Part shown: piece by piece, positions 35,002 to 44,271 of the stretch
Position numbering within the stretch: the stretch's first letter is position 1
How the letters are laid out: each line of letters opens with the position of its first letter
Translations under genes and position numbers: made by a program
Notes under the pieces: model-generated
What the model was told of the DNA's origin: nothing
Seen by the model: the letters and a program-made list of their open reading frames with translations, nothing else
The model's database searches: none
DNA from: a virus
Length of the DNA: 57,430 nucleotides
Direction: 5' to 3' (one strand)
IMG/VR virus record: IMGVR_UViG_3300045988_128708

Positions 35002-38000
35002 ATGGCACTGACAGAAGAAGAGAAAAAGGAACTGGTCCAGGATGTGGTGAACCAGATAAAGACTGACAGCCAGAGTGTGGACGAACTGGAAACGGTAAGC
35101 ACGCTGGACGGTGTGGTGAGCCTCCCGGCCATGAGAGGCGAGACGGTGGTGAGCGCTCCGCTGAAATTGCTGTCAAAACCTGCGGAGGATGCAGCTGCTG
35201 TCGCCAACTCTTCTGCTGCTGCGGCTGACGCATCGGCAAAGAAAGCTGATACGGCAGCATCAACAGCGGAGACAGCGGCCCAAACCGCCAACGATGCGGC
35301 AAGCAAGGCCACTGATGCCGCCCAAAAGACCAATGCTGCCGTGACAAAGGCAGAGAGCGTGGAAGCGGAGTACAAGGACACGGCACTGGCTGCGAGGAAC
35401 GGCGCGACAGCGCGGTTTGACGGGCTGGTGGAAGGCGTGGAGATACGACTTGTATCATGCCTCCAGATAGACGGTGTGTACTATGACACGGTGAACAAAT
35501 CCTTCTGCGGGAAGAATGGTAACATATACTGCAATAACTGGCCTGGCGCAGACATGTACATGAACGATGTGCGCACGGAAGTACTGAAAGACAAAGCGTA
35601 TGTGTGCGGTGGCGTGGTGTATGTGTGGAGCGACGAGGAAGAGAACCTGGTGGAGATAAGCGGAAGCGGCGGTGGCAACACCTATAACGTGACGGAGCAG
35701 GTTCCACTGGAGAGCGGATACTATACGCTTGAGACCGCCATAGCAGCCGTGGAGGAGAAGAAACGTGCGAAGGGACGCTGTATTACCTACGAGACGGCAC
35801 AGGGCAAATGGGAAACCAAGCAGTTCAAGGGCACGAACATCGAGAGCTGGGAGCAGGCGGCGAGTTGGGAGGACTTTGGCGGCGACGGCACGGTGAAGAG
35901 CGTGACGCTGAACGGCAAGAAGCTGGAACCAGGCGAGGACGGCAACGTTGCTATCACCATCAGCGAGACGGAGGTGGACGAGAGTCTGAACGCAAGCTCG
36001 ACGAACCCGGTGCAGAACGCTGCTGTGACGGCAAAGCTGATGGAGATAGAGGCGAGTACCGTTTTAGGCATGAATGCCGAACTGAGTGACGACGGCAGCA
36101 GCGTGCGCCTGGCACTGACCAACAAGAGCGGTGCGGAGATAGCGTCTGCGGACATTCCGGCAGGAAGCGGCGGTGGAGGCGGTGACGCTTCGACCACGAA
36201 AATCGTGCTGGATGCAGCCGTCAGCAAGACCATCATCAAGGAAGGTGACAGTGCGATGCTGACATGGACGTATGACCACCAGTACAGCAGCGGTGACGAG
36301 AAAGGCACATCCACGGGTCAGAAGGCAACAGTCAGCATTGAGATGAAGAGGGGCGCGACCGTGATGTATGCAGACACGCAGCATGATGTTAGCAAGGGAA
36401 CCTATACCCTGGATCTGACGAAATACCTGCTGCTCGGAACGACAGACATCTATGTGAGGGCTACCACAACCGACCCGACCACCGGCAAGACACAGACAAG
36501 GCAGAGCTATGTGAGCGTGAAGGCTGTGACCCTTGCACTGAGCAGCAGCTTCAACATAGCCGAGTGTGTCGCCAAGGGCGGCTACGGTGTGAGCGAGGCG
36601 GTGAACATCCCCTTTGCGGTGAGCGGAAGCGGCGACAAAACCGTGACGCTGTATCTGGACGGACACCAGTGGGACTCGCAGACGGTGAAAAGAAGCGGCA
36701 CGACGAACGGCAGTTTCTCCTTGTCGATGTCGGGAGTGAGCATCGGCCGGCACACGGTGCAGATCGTCGCCGAGATGGAGGCGAGCTCGGAGCTGACGCT
36801 GAAGAGTGAGAGCATCTACTTTGACATTCTGAAGGCCGGACAGAACGCCCCGTATATCGGCACGAAGCTGACCTTCGGTGACGGACGCATTTTTGCGGAC
36901 GACCATCTGACCCCGACTATTGAAACCGGGCAGTATGAGCAGGTGAGATTTGACTTTGTGGCGTATGACCCGACAACGACCCCAGCGACGGTGGGTGTGT
37001 GGCGAGACGGCATTCGTACGCAGACGGTGAGCGTTCCGAGGACGACGCAGGTATATACAAACCGTTTCCTGGAGCAGGGCGACGTGGCCATGGTGCTGAA
37101 GTGCGGCACTACGGAATACAAGCTGAACGTGAAGGTGACGGAGAGCGGCATTGACCTGAGCGAGGCGACTGCCGGACTTGTGCTGAAACTGACGGCAGCC
37201 GGCAGAAGCAATGCCGAGAGCGAGCCTGCTGAATGGCGTTATAACGACGTTCAAACGGTGTTTGAAGGCTTTGACTGGCAGAGCAACGGCTGGACGGGCG
37301 ACGCGCTGAAACTGACGAACGGGGCAAACATCGAGATAGGTTACAAGCCATTTGCCAATGACGCCACCACGACAGGTGCGACCTACGAGATGGAACTGAC
37401 CTGCAGTAATGTGACCGACCGCAAAGGCACGGTGGTGGACTGCATGGCTGGCAATGTCGGTTTCAGACTGACCACGCAGGAGGCGTTGATGCGGACGGGC
37501 GCAGGCTCGGAAGTGGGCACGAAGTTCGCGAGCGGTATGACACTGAAGATAGCCTTCGTGGTGCAGGAGAAGAAGGGCAACCGACTGATGATGCTGTATG
37601 TGAACGGCATCCTATGCGGCGCGAAGCAGTATGCCTCGACGGACTCGCTGCTCCATGAAGAACCCACGAACATAAAGATCACGAGCGAGAGCGCGGATGT
37701 GGAGGTGCGGAACCTGCGCGTGTACAGCCGTGCGTTGGGTGATGATGAGGAACTGTCGAACTATATGGTGGACCGTCCGACAAGCGACGAGATGGTGGTG
37801 CTGTTCGAGAAGAACCAGGTGATGGACGACGAGGGCACTGATATCGATATAGACAAACTGCGTGCGATGGGCAAGAGCGTGATGAGGATCGTGGGCGACG
37901 TGAACCTTGTGAACCAGACGAACAACAAGAAGTTTGAGGTTCCGGTGGACATCTACTTCTACTCTGCCTACGGTAAGGAGTATGACTTCATCATCTACCA

Positions 38001-41000
38001 GTGCGGACTGAGAATACAAGGCACCTCATCGACGACCTACCCGAGAAAGAACTACCGCATCTACTTCAGCCGCTCGACGAAGTACGGCACTAAGCTGTAT
38101 GTGAACGGTGTGGAGGTAGCGGACTTCAAATATTCGTTCAAACCAGGTGCAAGACCGATAGACATATTCTGTCTGAAGGCGGACTTCTCGGACTCTTCAT
38201 CTACGCATAATACGGGTGCGGTGAGAGTGGTGAACGACATCTGGAAGAGATGCGGCTGGCTGACTCCGCCACAAATGGCCTACAAGGGCAACTACGATGT
38301 GAGAATCGGCGTGGACGGTTTCCCGATAGATTTGTTCTACGACAACAACGGCACGGGTGAGAACGTGTATCTTGGCAAGTACAACTTCAACAACGAGAAG
38401 AGCGGCAGCGGCATCATCTACGGCTTTGAGGGTATCGAGGGCTTCAATGACGAGGCTGCACTGAAGGGCGGGCGCAACAAGTGTATCTGTCTGGAGTTCC
38501 TGAACAACTCGGAGACATTGTGTCTGTTCGGTACGAGCAACATGGACACGTTTGACGACGCTCTGGAGTTCCGCTTCAAGGCCGACGACACATGGGCGAC
38601 GGCGCATGAGGACGACAAGGCGGCAGTGAAGCGCCTTTGGGAGTGGATATACTCGTGCAAGGGCAACCCGACGAAATTCCTGAACGAATATGCGGAATAC
38701 TTCGGCAACGACTCGCCATTTGCATGGTATCTGATAACGGACTACTTCATGGCTGTGGACAACCGCGCGAAGAACATGATGCTCGTGACGTGGGACGGCA
38801 AGATATGGTACTTCATCCCATACGACATGGACACGGTGTTCGGTGAGCGCAACGACTCAGTTCTGAAATACGACTACACGATAACGTGGGAGACGGTGGA
38901 CGAGAGCATCGGCTCGTATGCGTTTGCAGGACACGATTCCGTGTTGTGGGAACTTGTGAGAGGCTGTCCGGACAAATTGAGGGAGGTGGCAGACAAGCTG
39001 CGAAGCACGATGTCGCTGGAGTATGTGCTGAAGGTGTTCAATGAGGAAATGATGGGCAACTGGTGTGAGCGCATCTACAACAAGGACGGCATCTACAAGT
39101 ACATCAAGCCGCTGACGGAGGGTGTGACGACGGCAGACGGCACTACGAGTTACTATGACTATCTCTATGCACTCCAGGGCAGCCGATACGCGCACCGCAC
39201 CTATACCATCCAGAACCGCTTTGCATTGCTGGACAGCCAGTATGTGTGCGGTACATACAGAAAGGACAGTTTCGCGGCCTACTTCGGCTATAAGTTCGGA
39301 AGTGACAACCGGAAGATAAGAATCACGGCGAGCGAGAGGTATTTCTTCGGGTACGGCTACACGAGCGGTACGCCGCACGAAAGCGCAGTGCTTGCGGAGG
39401 ACACGGGAAGTCAGGTGGAACTGACGCTTGACACGGACCTCATCGTGAATGACCCGCAATACATCTACGGTGCGAGCCGCATCATGGGGCTTGACTTGAC
39501 GGACGTTAGCCATGCCATACTCCAGACTCTGAACTTGAACAACTGTTCAGCCCTGAGGACGCTTGACGTGAGCTGCGGCCAGACACAGACAACGCTGAAC
39601 GCATTGCTGGTGAACGGCTGCCGAAACTTGCGTACCCTGAATATGACCGGCTTGAAGTCAGGCAGTTTCACCGGCATAGACTTGAGCAACAACACGAAGC
39701 TGGAGACACTGAAGGCAGGCAAGACAGCCCTGACCGGCGTGAACTTCGCACAGGGTGCTCCGCTGACGAGCGTAACGCTCCCGGCAACGTTGCAGACACT
39801 GGAACTGCGCTATCTGGGCAAACTGACGACCAGCGGTCTGACGCTTGAGGGCACAAGCAACATCAACAGACTTGTGGTTGACAATTGCCCGGGTGTGGAC
39901 TGGCAGACGTTGCACGCAAGGTGCGGAAACGTGAAGTATCTGCGTGTGACGGGCATCGACATGGAAGGCGACGGCAGCCTGCTGGCCTCACTGATGCAGA
40001 CGGGCGGTGTGGACGAGAATGGCGGAAACGTGGAGAGCTGCCGACTGGTGGGCACATACCGACTGACCCGTTACGTTGATGATGAAACCTATGCTGCATA
40101 CATCGAGCACTACCCTGAGTTGAACATCGAGCAGCCTGAATATACAATGCTGGAGAGCGACGAGAGCGTGGCAGACGATGCAAATCTCTCGAACTTGGAT
40201 AACGGCACGGGCTATAAGTACGGCAACGACTACAAGCCAAGCGGCCATGTGGCTGCTATACTGAAGAACCGCCACAGAGTGCTGGCGAAGGTGACAAAGA
40301 AGGCGACCACGAGGAACGTGAACATCGCGAATGTCGATACCATGGTGAACAATCTGGACGGCGAGATGACTTACATGGAGCTTGACGATACGGACAGCAC
40401 CAAGTATGCCGACGGGACCCCTGCCAAACTTGACGGCAGCGAGGGTGACCTGATGATGCACGAGCCTTTCTTCTGGAGCAAGGGTGTGAATGACTTCTTG
40501 AACAGCAAGGACTACAGTTGCTACAGCTCGAATGACAAGGATCACATGCCGGCTGTGCCGAATGTGGACGTATTGACGCTTGATGACATCAAGGCGGTGC
40601 AGGGCGGTTACACTAAAGGCAGGAAAGTGATGAGTGGCAGGGACACCATAGCAAATGCCATGAGCACGGACAGCTCTTATTCGGTGTGCGTGGTAGATGT
40701 GTCGAAGCACAAACGTGTCCGTTGGCCGAGTGTGCCAGGCACGAATCTTGTGGGCAGCGTATTTGCCGACGTGAACGGCAATGTGGTGAAGAGCATCGTA
40801 GTGCCAACGCTGGGTAACAGATTTGAGGCTGGCATGTATCTCATCAGCGATGTGCCTGAGGGAGCCAAGACTTTATACTTCTCTATATTGAACACAGCCG
40901 AGTTTGACAAGGTGGTGCTATCCAACAGCAGCAAGATAGAGGATATGGAGCCTGAATGGTTTGCCAACGATGAGCATCTGTGCGCTGTTGTGGGCAGTTC

Positions 41001-41772
41001 TGTTGTGGGCAGCAAGCTGCGTGCCTGCATAACGGGCGGCAGCACTACAGCAAGCATGACATGGACGGACTTCCATTATTACAGCGTGCAGCGAGGTATG
41101 CAGCAGATTGACGCTCTGATGCACTTCCGCATCGCGAACCTTGCATACGCGAAGTATGGCAGGAGAAACATGCAGGAGCAGTGTGGCGCCGGCTCGCATA
41201 CGAATATGCGCACGACTGGCGGCACGATGTCAAGAGGCATGCAGGACACTATAGGCTATGAGGGCGCAAAGGCAATCAACCCGAATGTGACAAACAGTCT
41301 GGTGGACGAGAACAGAGTGCACCAATATGCCTGGTATGTGGACAAGGACGAGTATGGTGCTGCAAAGGTGACGCAGGTGAACAATATCTGCTGCCTGGGC
41401 TATGAGGACATCTACGGACACAAGTATGACATGATGGACGGTGTGGACTTGCCGAACACGAGCGGCAATGAGGGCAAGTGGCGCATTTGGATGCCTGACG
41501 GCAGCACGATCATGATAAAGGGTACGACAACCAGCGGTAACTGGATAACGGCAGTGGCTCATGGAAGGCTGATGGCGGTAGTGCCAGTAGGCTCGATGAA
41601 TGGCTCGTCGAGCACATACTATACAGACGTGTACTGGATAAGCACAGCCACAGGCCGTGTGGTCTATCGCGGGTGTCGCTATGCGTTCGCGTGTGGCGGT
41701 GTCTCGGGTGCGAATGCGAGTAACGATGCCTCGTATGCGTTTGCGTATGTCGGCTCGCGCCTGGAAATCTAA
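35002..41772 (+). CDS. Giant multidomain tail fibre, DGR target protein (Ala-rich N-terminus, LamG-like, CotH-like, LRR, C-terminal CLec-like variable region)
   Basis: 2256 aa. LamG-type ending VEVRNLRVYSRALGDDEL (~37160-37770). CotH-like motifs CGLRIQGTSSTTYPRKNYRIYF, FCLKADFSDSSSTHNTGA, WYFIPYDMDTVFG (~37945-39200). LRR (~39480-40000). C-terminus ...GRVVYRGCRYAFACGGVSGANASNDASYAFAYVGSRLEI. Confidence 0.8.
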   Translation: MALTEEEKKELVQDVVNQIKTDSQSVDELETVSTLDGVVSLPAMRGETVVSAPLKLLSKPAEDAAAVANSSAAAADASAKKADTAASTAETAAQTANDAASKATDAAQKTNAAVTKAESVEAEYKDTALAARNGATARFDGLVEGVEIRLVSCLQIDGVYYDTVNKSFCGKNGNIYCNNWPGADMYMNDVRTEVLKDKAYVCGGVVYVWSDEEENLVEISGSGGGNTYNVTEQVPLESGYYTLETAIAAVEEKKRAKGRCITYETAQGKWETKQFKGTNIESWEQAASWEDFGGDGTVKSVTLNGKKLEPGEDGNVAITISETEVDESLNASSTNPVQNAAVTAKLMEIEASTVLGMNAELSDDGSSVRLALTNKSGAEIASADIPAGSGGGGGDASTTKIVLDAAVSKTIIKEGDSAMLTWTYDHQYSSGDEKGTSTGQKATVSIEMKRGATVMYADTQHDVSKGTYTLDLTKYLLLGTTDIYVRATTTDPTTGKTQTRQSYVSVKAVTLALSSSFNIAECVAKGGYGVSEAVNIPFAVSGSGDKTVTLYLDGHQWDSQTVKRSGTTNGSFSLSMSGVSIGRHTVQIVAEMEASSELTLKSESIYFDILKAGQNAPYIGTKLTFGDGRIFADDHLTPTIETGQYEQVRFDFVAYDPTTTPATVGVWRDGIRTQTVSVPRTTQVYTNRFLEQGDVAMVLKCGTTEYKLNVKVTESGIDLSEATAGLVLKLTAAGRSNAESEPAEWRYNDVQTVFEGFDWQSNGWTGDALKLTNGANIEIGYKPFANDATTTGATYEMELTCSNVTDRKGTVVDCMAGNVGFRLTTQEALMRTGAGSEVGTKFASGMTLKIAFVVQEKKGNRLMMLYVNGILCGAKQYASTDSLLHEEPTNIKITSESADVEVRNLRVYSRALGDDEELSNYMVDRPTSDEMVVLFEKNQVMDDEGTDIDIDKLRAMGKSVMRIVGDVNLVNQTNNKKFEVPVDIYFYSAYGKEYDFIIYQCGLRIQGTSSTTYPRKNYRIYFSRSTKYGTKLYVNGVEVADFKYSFKPGARPIDIFCLKADFSDSSSTHNTGAVRVVNDIWKRCGWLTPPQMAYKGNYDVRIGVDGFPIDLFYDNNGTGENVYLGKYNFNNEKSGSGIIYGFEGIEGFNDEAALKGGRNKCICLEFLNNSETLCLFGTSNMDTFDDALEFRFKADDTWATAHEDDKAAVKRLWEWIYSCKGNPTKFLNEYAEYFGNDSPFAWYLITDYFMAVDNRAKNMMLVTWDGKIWYFIPYDMDTVFGERNDSVLKYDYTITWETVDESIGSYAFAGHDSVLWELVRGCPDKLREVADKLRSTMSLEYVLKVFNEEMMGNWCERIYNKDGIYKYIKPLTEGVTTADGTTSYYDYLYALQGSRYAHRTYTIQNRFALLDSQYVCGTYRKDSFAAYFGYKFGSDNRKIRITASERYFFGYGYTSGTPHESAVLAEDTGSQVELTLDTDLIVNDPQYIYGASRIMGLDLTDVSHAILQTLNLNNCSALRTLDVSCGQTQTTLNALLVNGCRNLRTLNMTGLKSGSFTGIDLSNNTKLETLKAGKTALTGVNFAQGAPLTSVTLPATLQTLELRYLGKLTTSGLTLEGTSNINRLVVDNCPGVDWQTLHARCGNVKYLRVTGIDMEGDGSLLASLMQTGGVDENGGNVESCRLVGTYRLTRYVDDETYAAYIEHYPELNIEQPEYTMLESDESVADDANLSNLDNGTGYKYGNDYKPSGHVAAILKNRHRVLAKVTKKATTRNVNIANVDTMVNNLDGEMTYMELDDTDSTKYADGTPAKLDGSEGDLMMHEPFFWSKGVNDFLNSKDYSCYSSNDKDHMPAVPNVDVLTLDDIKAVQGGYTKGRKVMSGRDTIANAMSTDSSYSVCVVDVSKHKRVRWPSVPGTNLVGSVFADVNGNVVKSIVVPTLGNRFEAGMYLISDVPEGAKTLYFSILNTAEFDKVVLSNSSKIEDMEPEWFANDEHLCAVVGSSVVGSKLRACITGGSTTASMTWTDFHYYSVQRGMQQIDALMHFRIANLAYAKYGRRNMQEQCGAGSHTNMRTTGGTMSRGMQDTIGYEGAKAINPNVTNSLVDENRVHQYAWYVDKDEYGAAKVTQVNNICCLGYEDIYGHKYDMMDGVDLPNTSGNEGKWRIWMPDGSTIMIKGTTTSGNWITAVAHGRLMAVVPVGSMNGSSSTYYTDVYWISTATGRVVYRGCRYAFACGGVSGANASNDASYAFAYVGSRLEI
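41652..41772 (+). repeat. DGR variable repeat (VR) at the 3' end of the fibre gene
   Basis: Identical to the reverse complement of 15659..15779. The 37 codons at 41653-41763 contain only 10 A, none at a third position. Remaining A-codons are tat, aat, aac, agt and gat. GC-rich end ggctcgcgcctgg is IMH-like. Confidence 0.75.
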
Positions 41773-41968
41773 CTAATCGGCGTACAACGATGGGGACGTG
41801 TCCCTAATGTGGAGCCGAGGGAAACGAGCCACAGCAAAAGCACCAATATAAAGGTGGAAAGCTGAAACATCAAGTGTCGGGCAATAGAGTTTGGTAGGTC
41901 GGTAACGATTCGAAGAAGTTTGGCCCGGGGAAAGGAAGGCCCTTATCTTCCATAAAACAAAAAAGACA

Positions 41969-43273
41969 ATGCTCAGAGAAGGCTATATCATGCAAGAGAT
42001 AACGTCCTACGGCAATATTTCGGAGGCGTTTGACCGTGTACTGCGTGGGAAAAAGCGAAAGAGATGCCGTCAAGGACGCTATCTGCTCGCACACCGCGAG
42101 GAGGTGATTGCAGAACAGACTGCAAAACTTGCCGACGGGTCTTTCCGCCTCGGTGGCTACCACGAGCGCACCATCTGTGAATACGGCAAAGTCCGTCACC
42201 TGCAGATTATCTCCATGTACGACCGCATCGCAGTGTATGCAGTGATGAACGTGGTGGACCAACATCTGCACAAGCGTTTCATCAGGACGACTGGAGCAAG
42301 TATAAAGAAGCGCGGCACACATGATCTCCGCAAATGCATGCAATTGGACATGGAACGTGACCCCGAAGGCACACGCTACTGCTACGAGTTCGACATCAAG
42401 CATTTCTATGACAATACTAAGCCTAAGTTTGTCATGTGGTGCTACCGCAGAGTATTCAAAGACAAGACCCTGCTGTCACTCCTGGATCATTTCCTTCATC
42501 TACTACCAGAGGGCATCAGCTTCGGGTTGCGAAGCTCACAGGCTTCTGGCAACCTCTTGTTGTCCGTGTTCCTCGACCATTATCTGAAGGACAAATATGG
42601 CATCCGCCATTTCTACCGTTATTGTGATGACGGCAGAGTGCTCTGTGGCAACAAGCAAGAAAATTGGCTGGCACACGGCATTGTACATGAGCAAGTCGAA
42701 AAAATTGACCTTGAAATCAAGAAAAACGAAAGGGTGTTCCCTTCAGCGCAAGGAATCGACTTCTTGGGGTATGTGACATATAACGGTTCATACTCACTAC
42801 TGCGCAAGCGCGTCAAGAAGGAAAATGCAAGGAAACTACACAAAGTCAAGTCAAGAAAGAGACGGCGGGAACTGATTGCGTCATTCTACGGAATAGCCAA
42901 GCACGCTTGCTGCCGAAATTTGTTTTATAAATTAACAGGCAAAAAAATGAAATCATTTAAAGATTTGAATGTCGCTTACAAGCCGGAAGACGGCAAGAAG
43001 CGATTTGCGGGTGCGGTGGTAAGCATCCGTGAGTTGGTGAACCTGCCCATCGTGGTAAAAGACTTCGAGGTCGGGGTCAAAACCAGCCAGGGCGAAGACC
43101 GCTGTGTCGTGTCCATCGAGCAGAACGGCGAGCCGAAGAAGTTCTTCACCAACAGTGAGGAGATGAAAAACATTCTCCAGCAAGTGAGTGAAATGCCAGA
43201 CGGCTTCCCATTCGAGACCACCATCAAGGCGGAAACCTTCGGCAAAGGTAGAACAAAGTACATTTTCACATGA
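41969..43273 (+). CDS. DGR-type reverse transcriptase with C-terminal extension (mirror of 14158..15462)
   Basis: Exact copy. Here it lies 196 nt downstream of the fibre stop codon, on the same strand. Confidence 0.85.
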   Translation: MLREGYIMQEITSYGNISEAFDRVLRGKKRKRCRQGRYLLAHREEVIAEQTAKLADGSFRLGGYHERTICEYGKVRHLQIISMYDRIAVYAVMNVVDQHLHKRFIRTTGASIKKRGTHDLRKCMQLDMERDPEGTRYCYEFDIKHFYDNTKPKFVMWCYRRVFKDKTLLSLLDHFLHLLPEGISFGLRSSQASGNLLLSVFLDHYLKDKYGIRHFYRYCDDGRVLCGNKQENWLAHGIVHEQVEKIDLEIKKNERVFPSAQGIDFLGYVTYNGSYSLLRKRVKKENARKLHKVKSRKRRRELIASFYGIAKHACCRNLFYKLTGKKMKSFKDLNVAYKPEDGKKRFAGAVVSIRELVNLPIVVKDFEVGVKTSQGEDRCVVSIEQNGEPKKFFTNSEEMKNILQQVSEMPDGFPFETTIKAETFGKGRTKYIFT

Positions 43274-43755
43274 TGAACAGAGTAAACGGAGCACAAGGGG
43301 TAAAGCTGCTTGAATGCACCAACCCCGTCAAAGGAAAATGGCGTGTCCGCTGGGACGTGCATAACAACGAGGATGGATCTGCCGACTATATGGAGGCTGA
43401 GTTCAACGGAAAGCCATCTGAGGATACCATCAAGACCATGGTGTCGGAATGGTTCAACGACCGCACGAACGAGACCATACTTTCTGGCTTCGTGTGGAAC
43501 GGCATGAGCGTGTGGCTCTCTAACGAGAACCAGTTCAACTACAAGGTGGCATACGACTTGGCTGTGCAGTCTGACGGCAAGACATTGCCAGTCACGTTCA
43601 AGTTCGGAACAGACGATGTGCCATGCTATCACACGTTCAGCACCATCGAAGAACTGGCGGACTTCTATACCAAAGCCATGCAGCATATCCAGGACACACT
43701 GGCTGACGGATGGAAGAGCAAGGATAATTTCAATTTGGAGTTATACCGAGACTAA
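43270..43755 (+). CDS. RT-coupled 161-aa DUF4376-like protein (mirror of 13676..14161)
   Basis: Exact copy. ATGATG overlap at 43270-43275. Confidence 0.5.
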   Translation: MMNRVNGAQGVKLLECTNPVKGKWRVRWDVHNNEDGSADYMEAEFNGKPSEDTIKTMVSEWFNDRTNETILSGFVWNGMSVWLSNENQFNYKVAYDLAVQSDGKTLPVTFKFGTDDVPCYHTFSTIEELADFYTKAMQHIQDTLADGWKSKDNFNLELYRD

Positions 43756-43809
43756 GAACAATCCCTTCGGGGGAGGGTAATAAAAAAGCCCCCGGCCTGT
43801 TAAAATAGT

Positions 43810-43930
43810 CGTCTCACTTACTTTTTTAACACACGTTACCATCAATAGGCACGACCGGGGGCGTAAACCCTCGCTCGCCTATTGATGGCTTTTTTTATGT
43901 GTGTGCGCGATGCGCTATGTAAGTGAGACG
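43810..43930 (+). ncRNA. Structured intergenic element downstream of the RT operon
   Basis: Outer stem cgtctcacttac (43810-43821) pairs with gtaagtgagacg (43919-43930). The inner hairpin is the terminator at 43839-43896. A gcgc gat gcgc mini-hairpin lies at ~43905-43915. Confidence 0.4.
43839..43896 (+). terminator. Strong rho-independent terminator of the RT operon
   Basis: ccatcaataggc (43839-43850), 26-nt loop, gcctattgatgg (43877-43888), then c plus ttttttt (43890-43896). Confidence 0.7.
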
Positions 43931-43957
43931 GTGCAAAAGTACTAAATTTTTCTGAGA

Positions 43958-44200
43958 ATGAAACTAATAGAGATACTGAATTTGAACAGGGAATTGCTAA
44001 TTTACCTCCAAAAGGCAGGAATCAGGCTGGACGATGTGCAATATATCGACCTATTTAAGGAATACCGCACACTTTCCGCACAAGGCGAGAAGGTGTCATA
44101 TATCGTGGCAAGGCTCGCCACAGAATATGCCATAAGCGAGCGCAAGGTGTACAGCCTTATACGGCGTTTCAAAACTGACTGCAATCTACTTGCAGTGTAA
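43958..44200 (+). CDS. Mor/C-like activator (mirror of 13231..13473)
   Basis: Exact copy. Confidence 0.5.
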   Translation: MKLIEILNLNRELLIYLQKAGIRLDDVQYIDLFKEYRTLSAQGEKVSYIVARLATEYAISERKVYSLIRRFKTDCNLLAV

Positions 44201-44271
44201 CATTTGCGTATGGTCATTGTCGAGGGGACACGCGTTGTTACCTTTGCACCGTTTTCAAATTCAAAACGGTT

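Larger units (their letters stand above)
2327..41772 (+). mobile_element. Mu-like transposable siphovirus prophage carrying a DGR (one genome-equivalent; left end uncertain between ~2250 and 2905, true right end not visible)
   Basis: Gene order: repressor, divergent early operon with large transposase plus AAA+ ATPase, DUF3164-like and GemA-like early genes, Mu F / gp29-portal / gp36-like head genes, terminase, protease-scaffold, capsid, lysis, TP901-1-like tail, tape measure, fibres. No tyrosine or serine integrase. Repeated GGGGTTACA/GTTTACA motifs lie next to the host susC gene. Confidence 0.7.

Noticed and set aside
36064-37254. 396-aa minus-strand ORF, with many other long antisense ORFs inside the fibre gene (e.g. 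35000..35707, 37612..38019, 38857..39513, 39988..40710)
   Set aside because: These are shadow ORFs on the opposite strand of a long, GC-rich, clearly coding plus-strand gene. Their compositions are Arg/His/Ala-rich with no motifs.
15780-41651. Gin/Hin-type invertible segment bounded by the inverted repeat
   Set aside because: No serine or tyrosine recombinase gene is present. The inverted arms are 15.8 kb rather than short crossover sites, and they include host DNA.
41792-41805. Cruciform or hairpin homing signal downstream of the VR (ggggacgtgtccc)
   Set aside because: It has only a 4-5 bp stem with a 2-4 nt loop. That is too weak to call by eye and cannot be distinguished from chance without comparative data.
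41969-43930. Retron (RT plus adjacent structured RNA)
   Set aside because: The RT is collinear with DGR RTs (xGxxxSQ motif, bRT-like N- and C-terminal blocks). The structured RNA lies downstream of a second ORF and contains a classical terminator. A VR/TR-type repeat is present instead of msr/msd-like inverted repeats flanking the RT.
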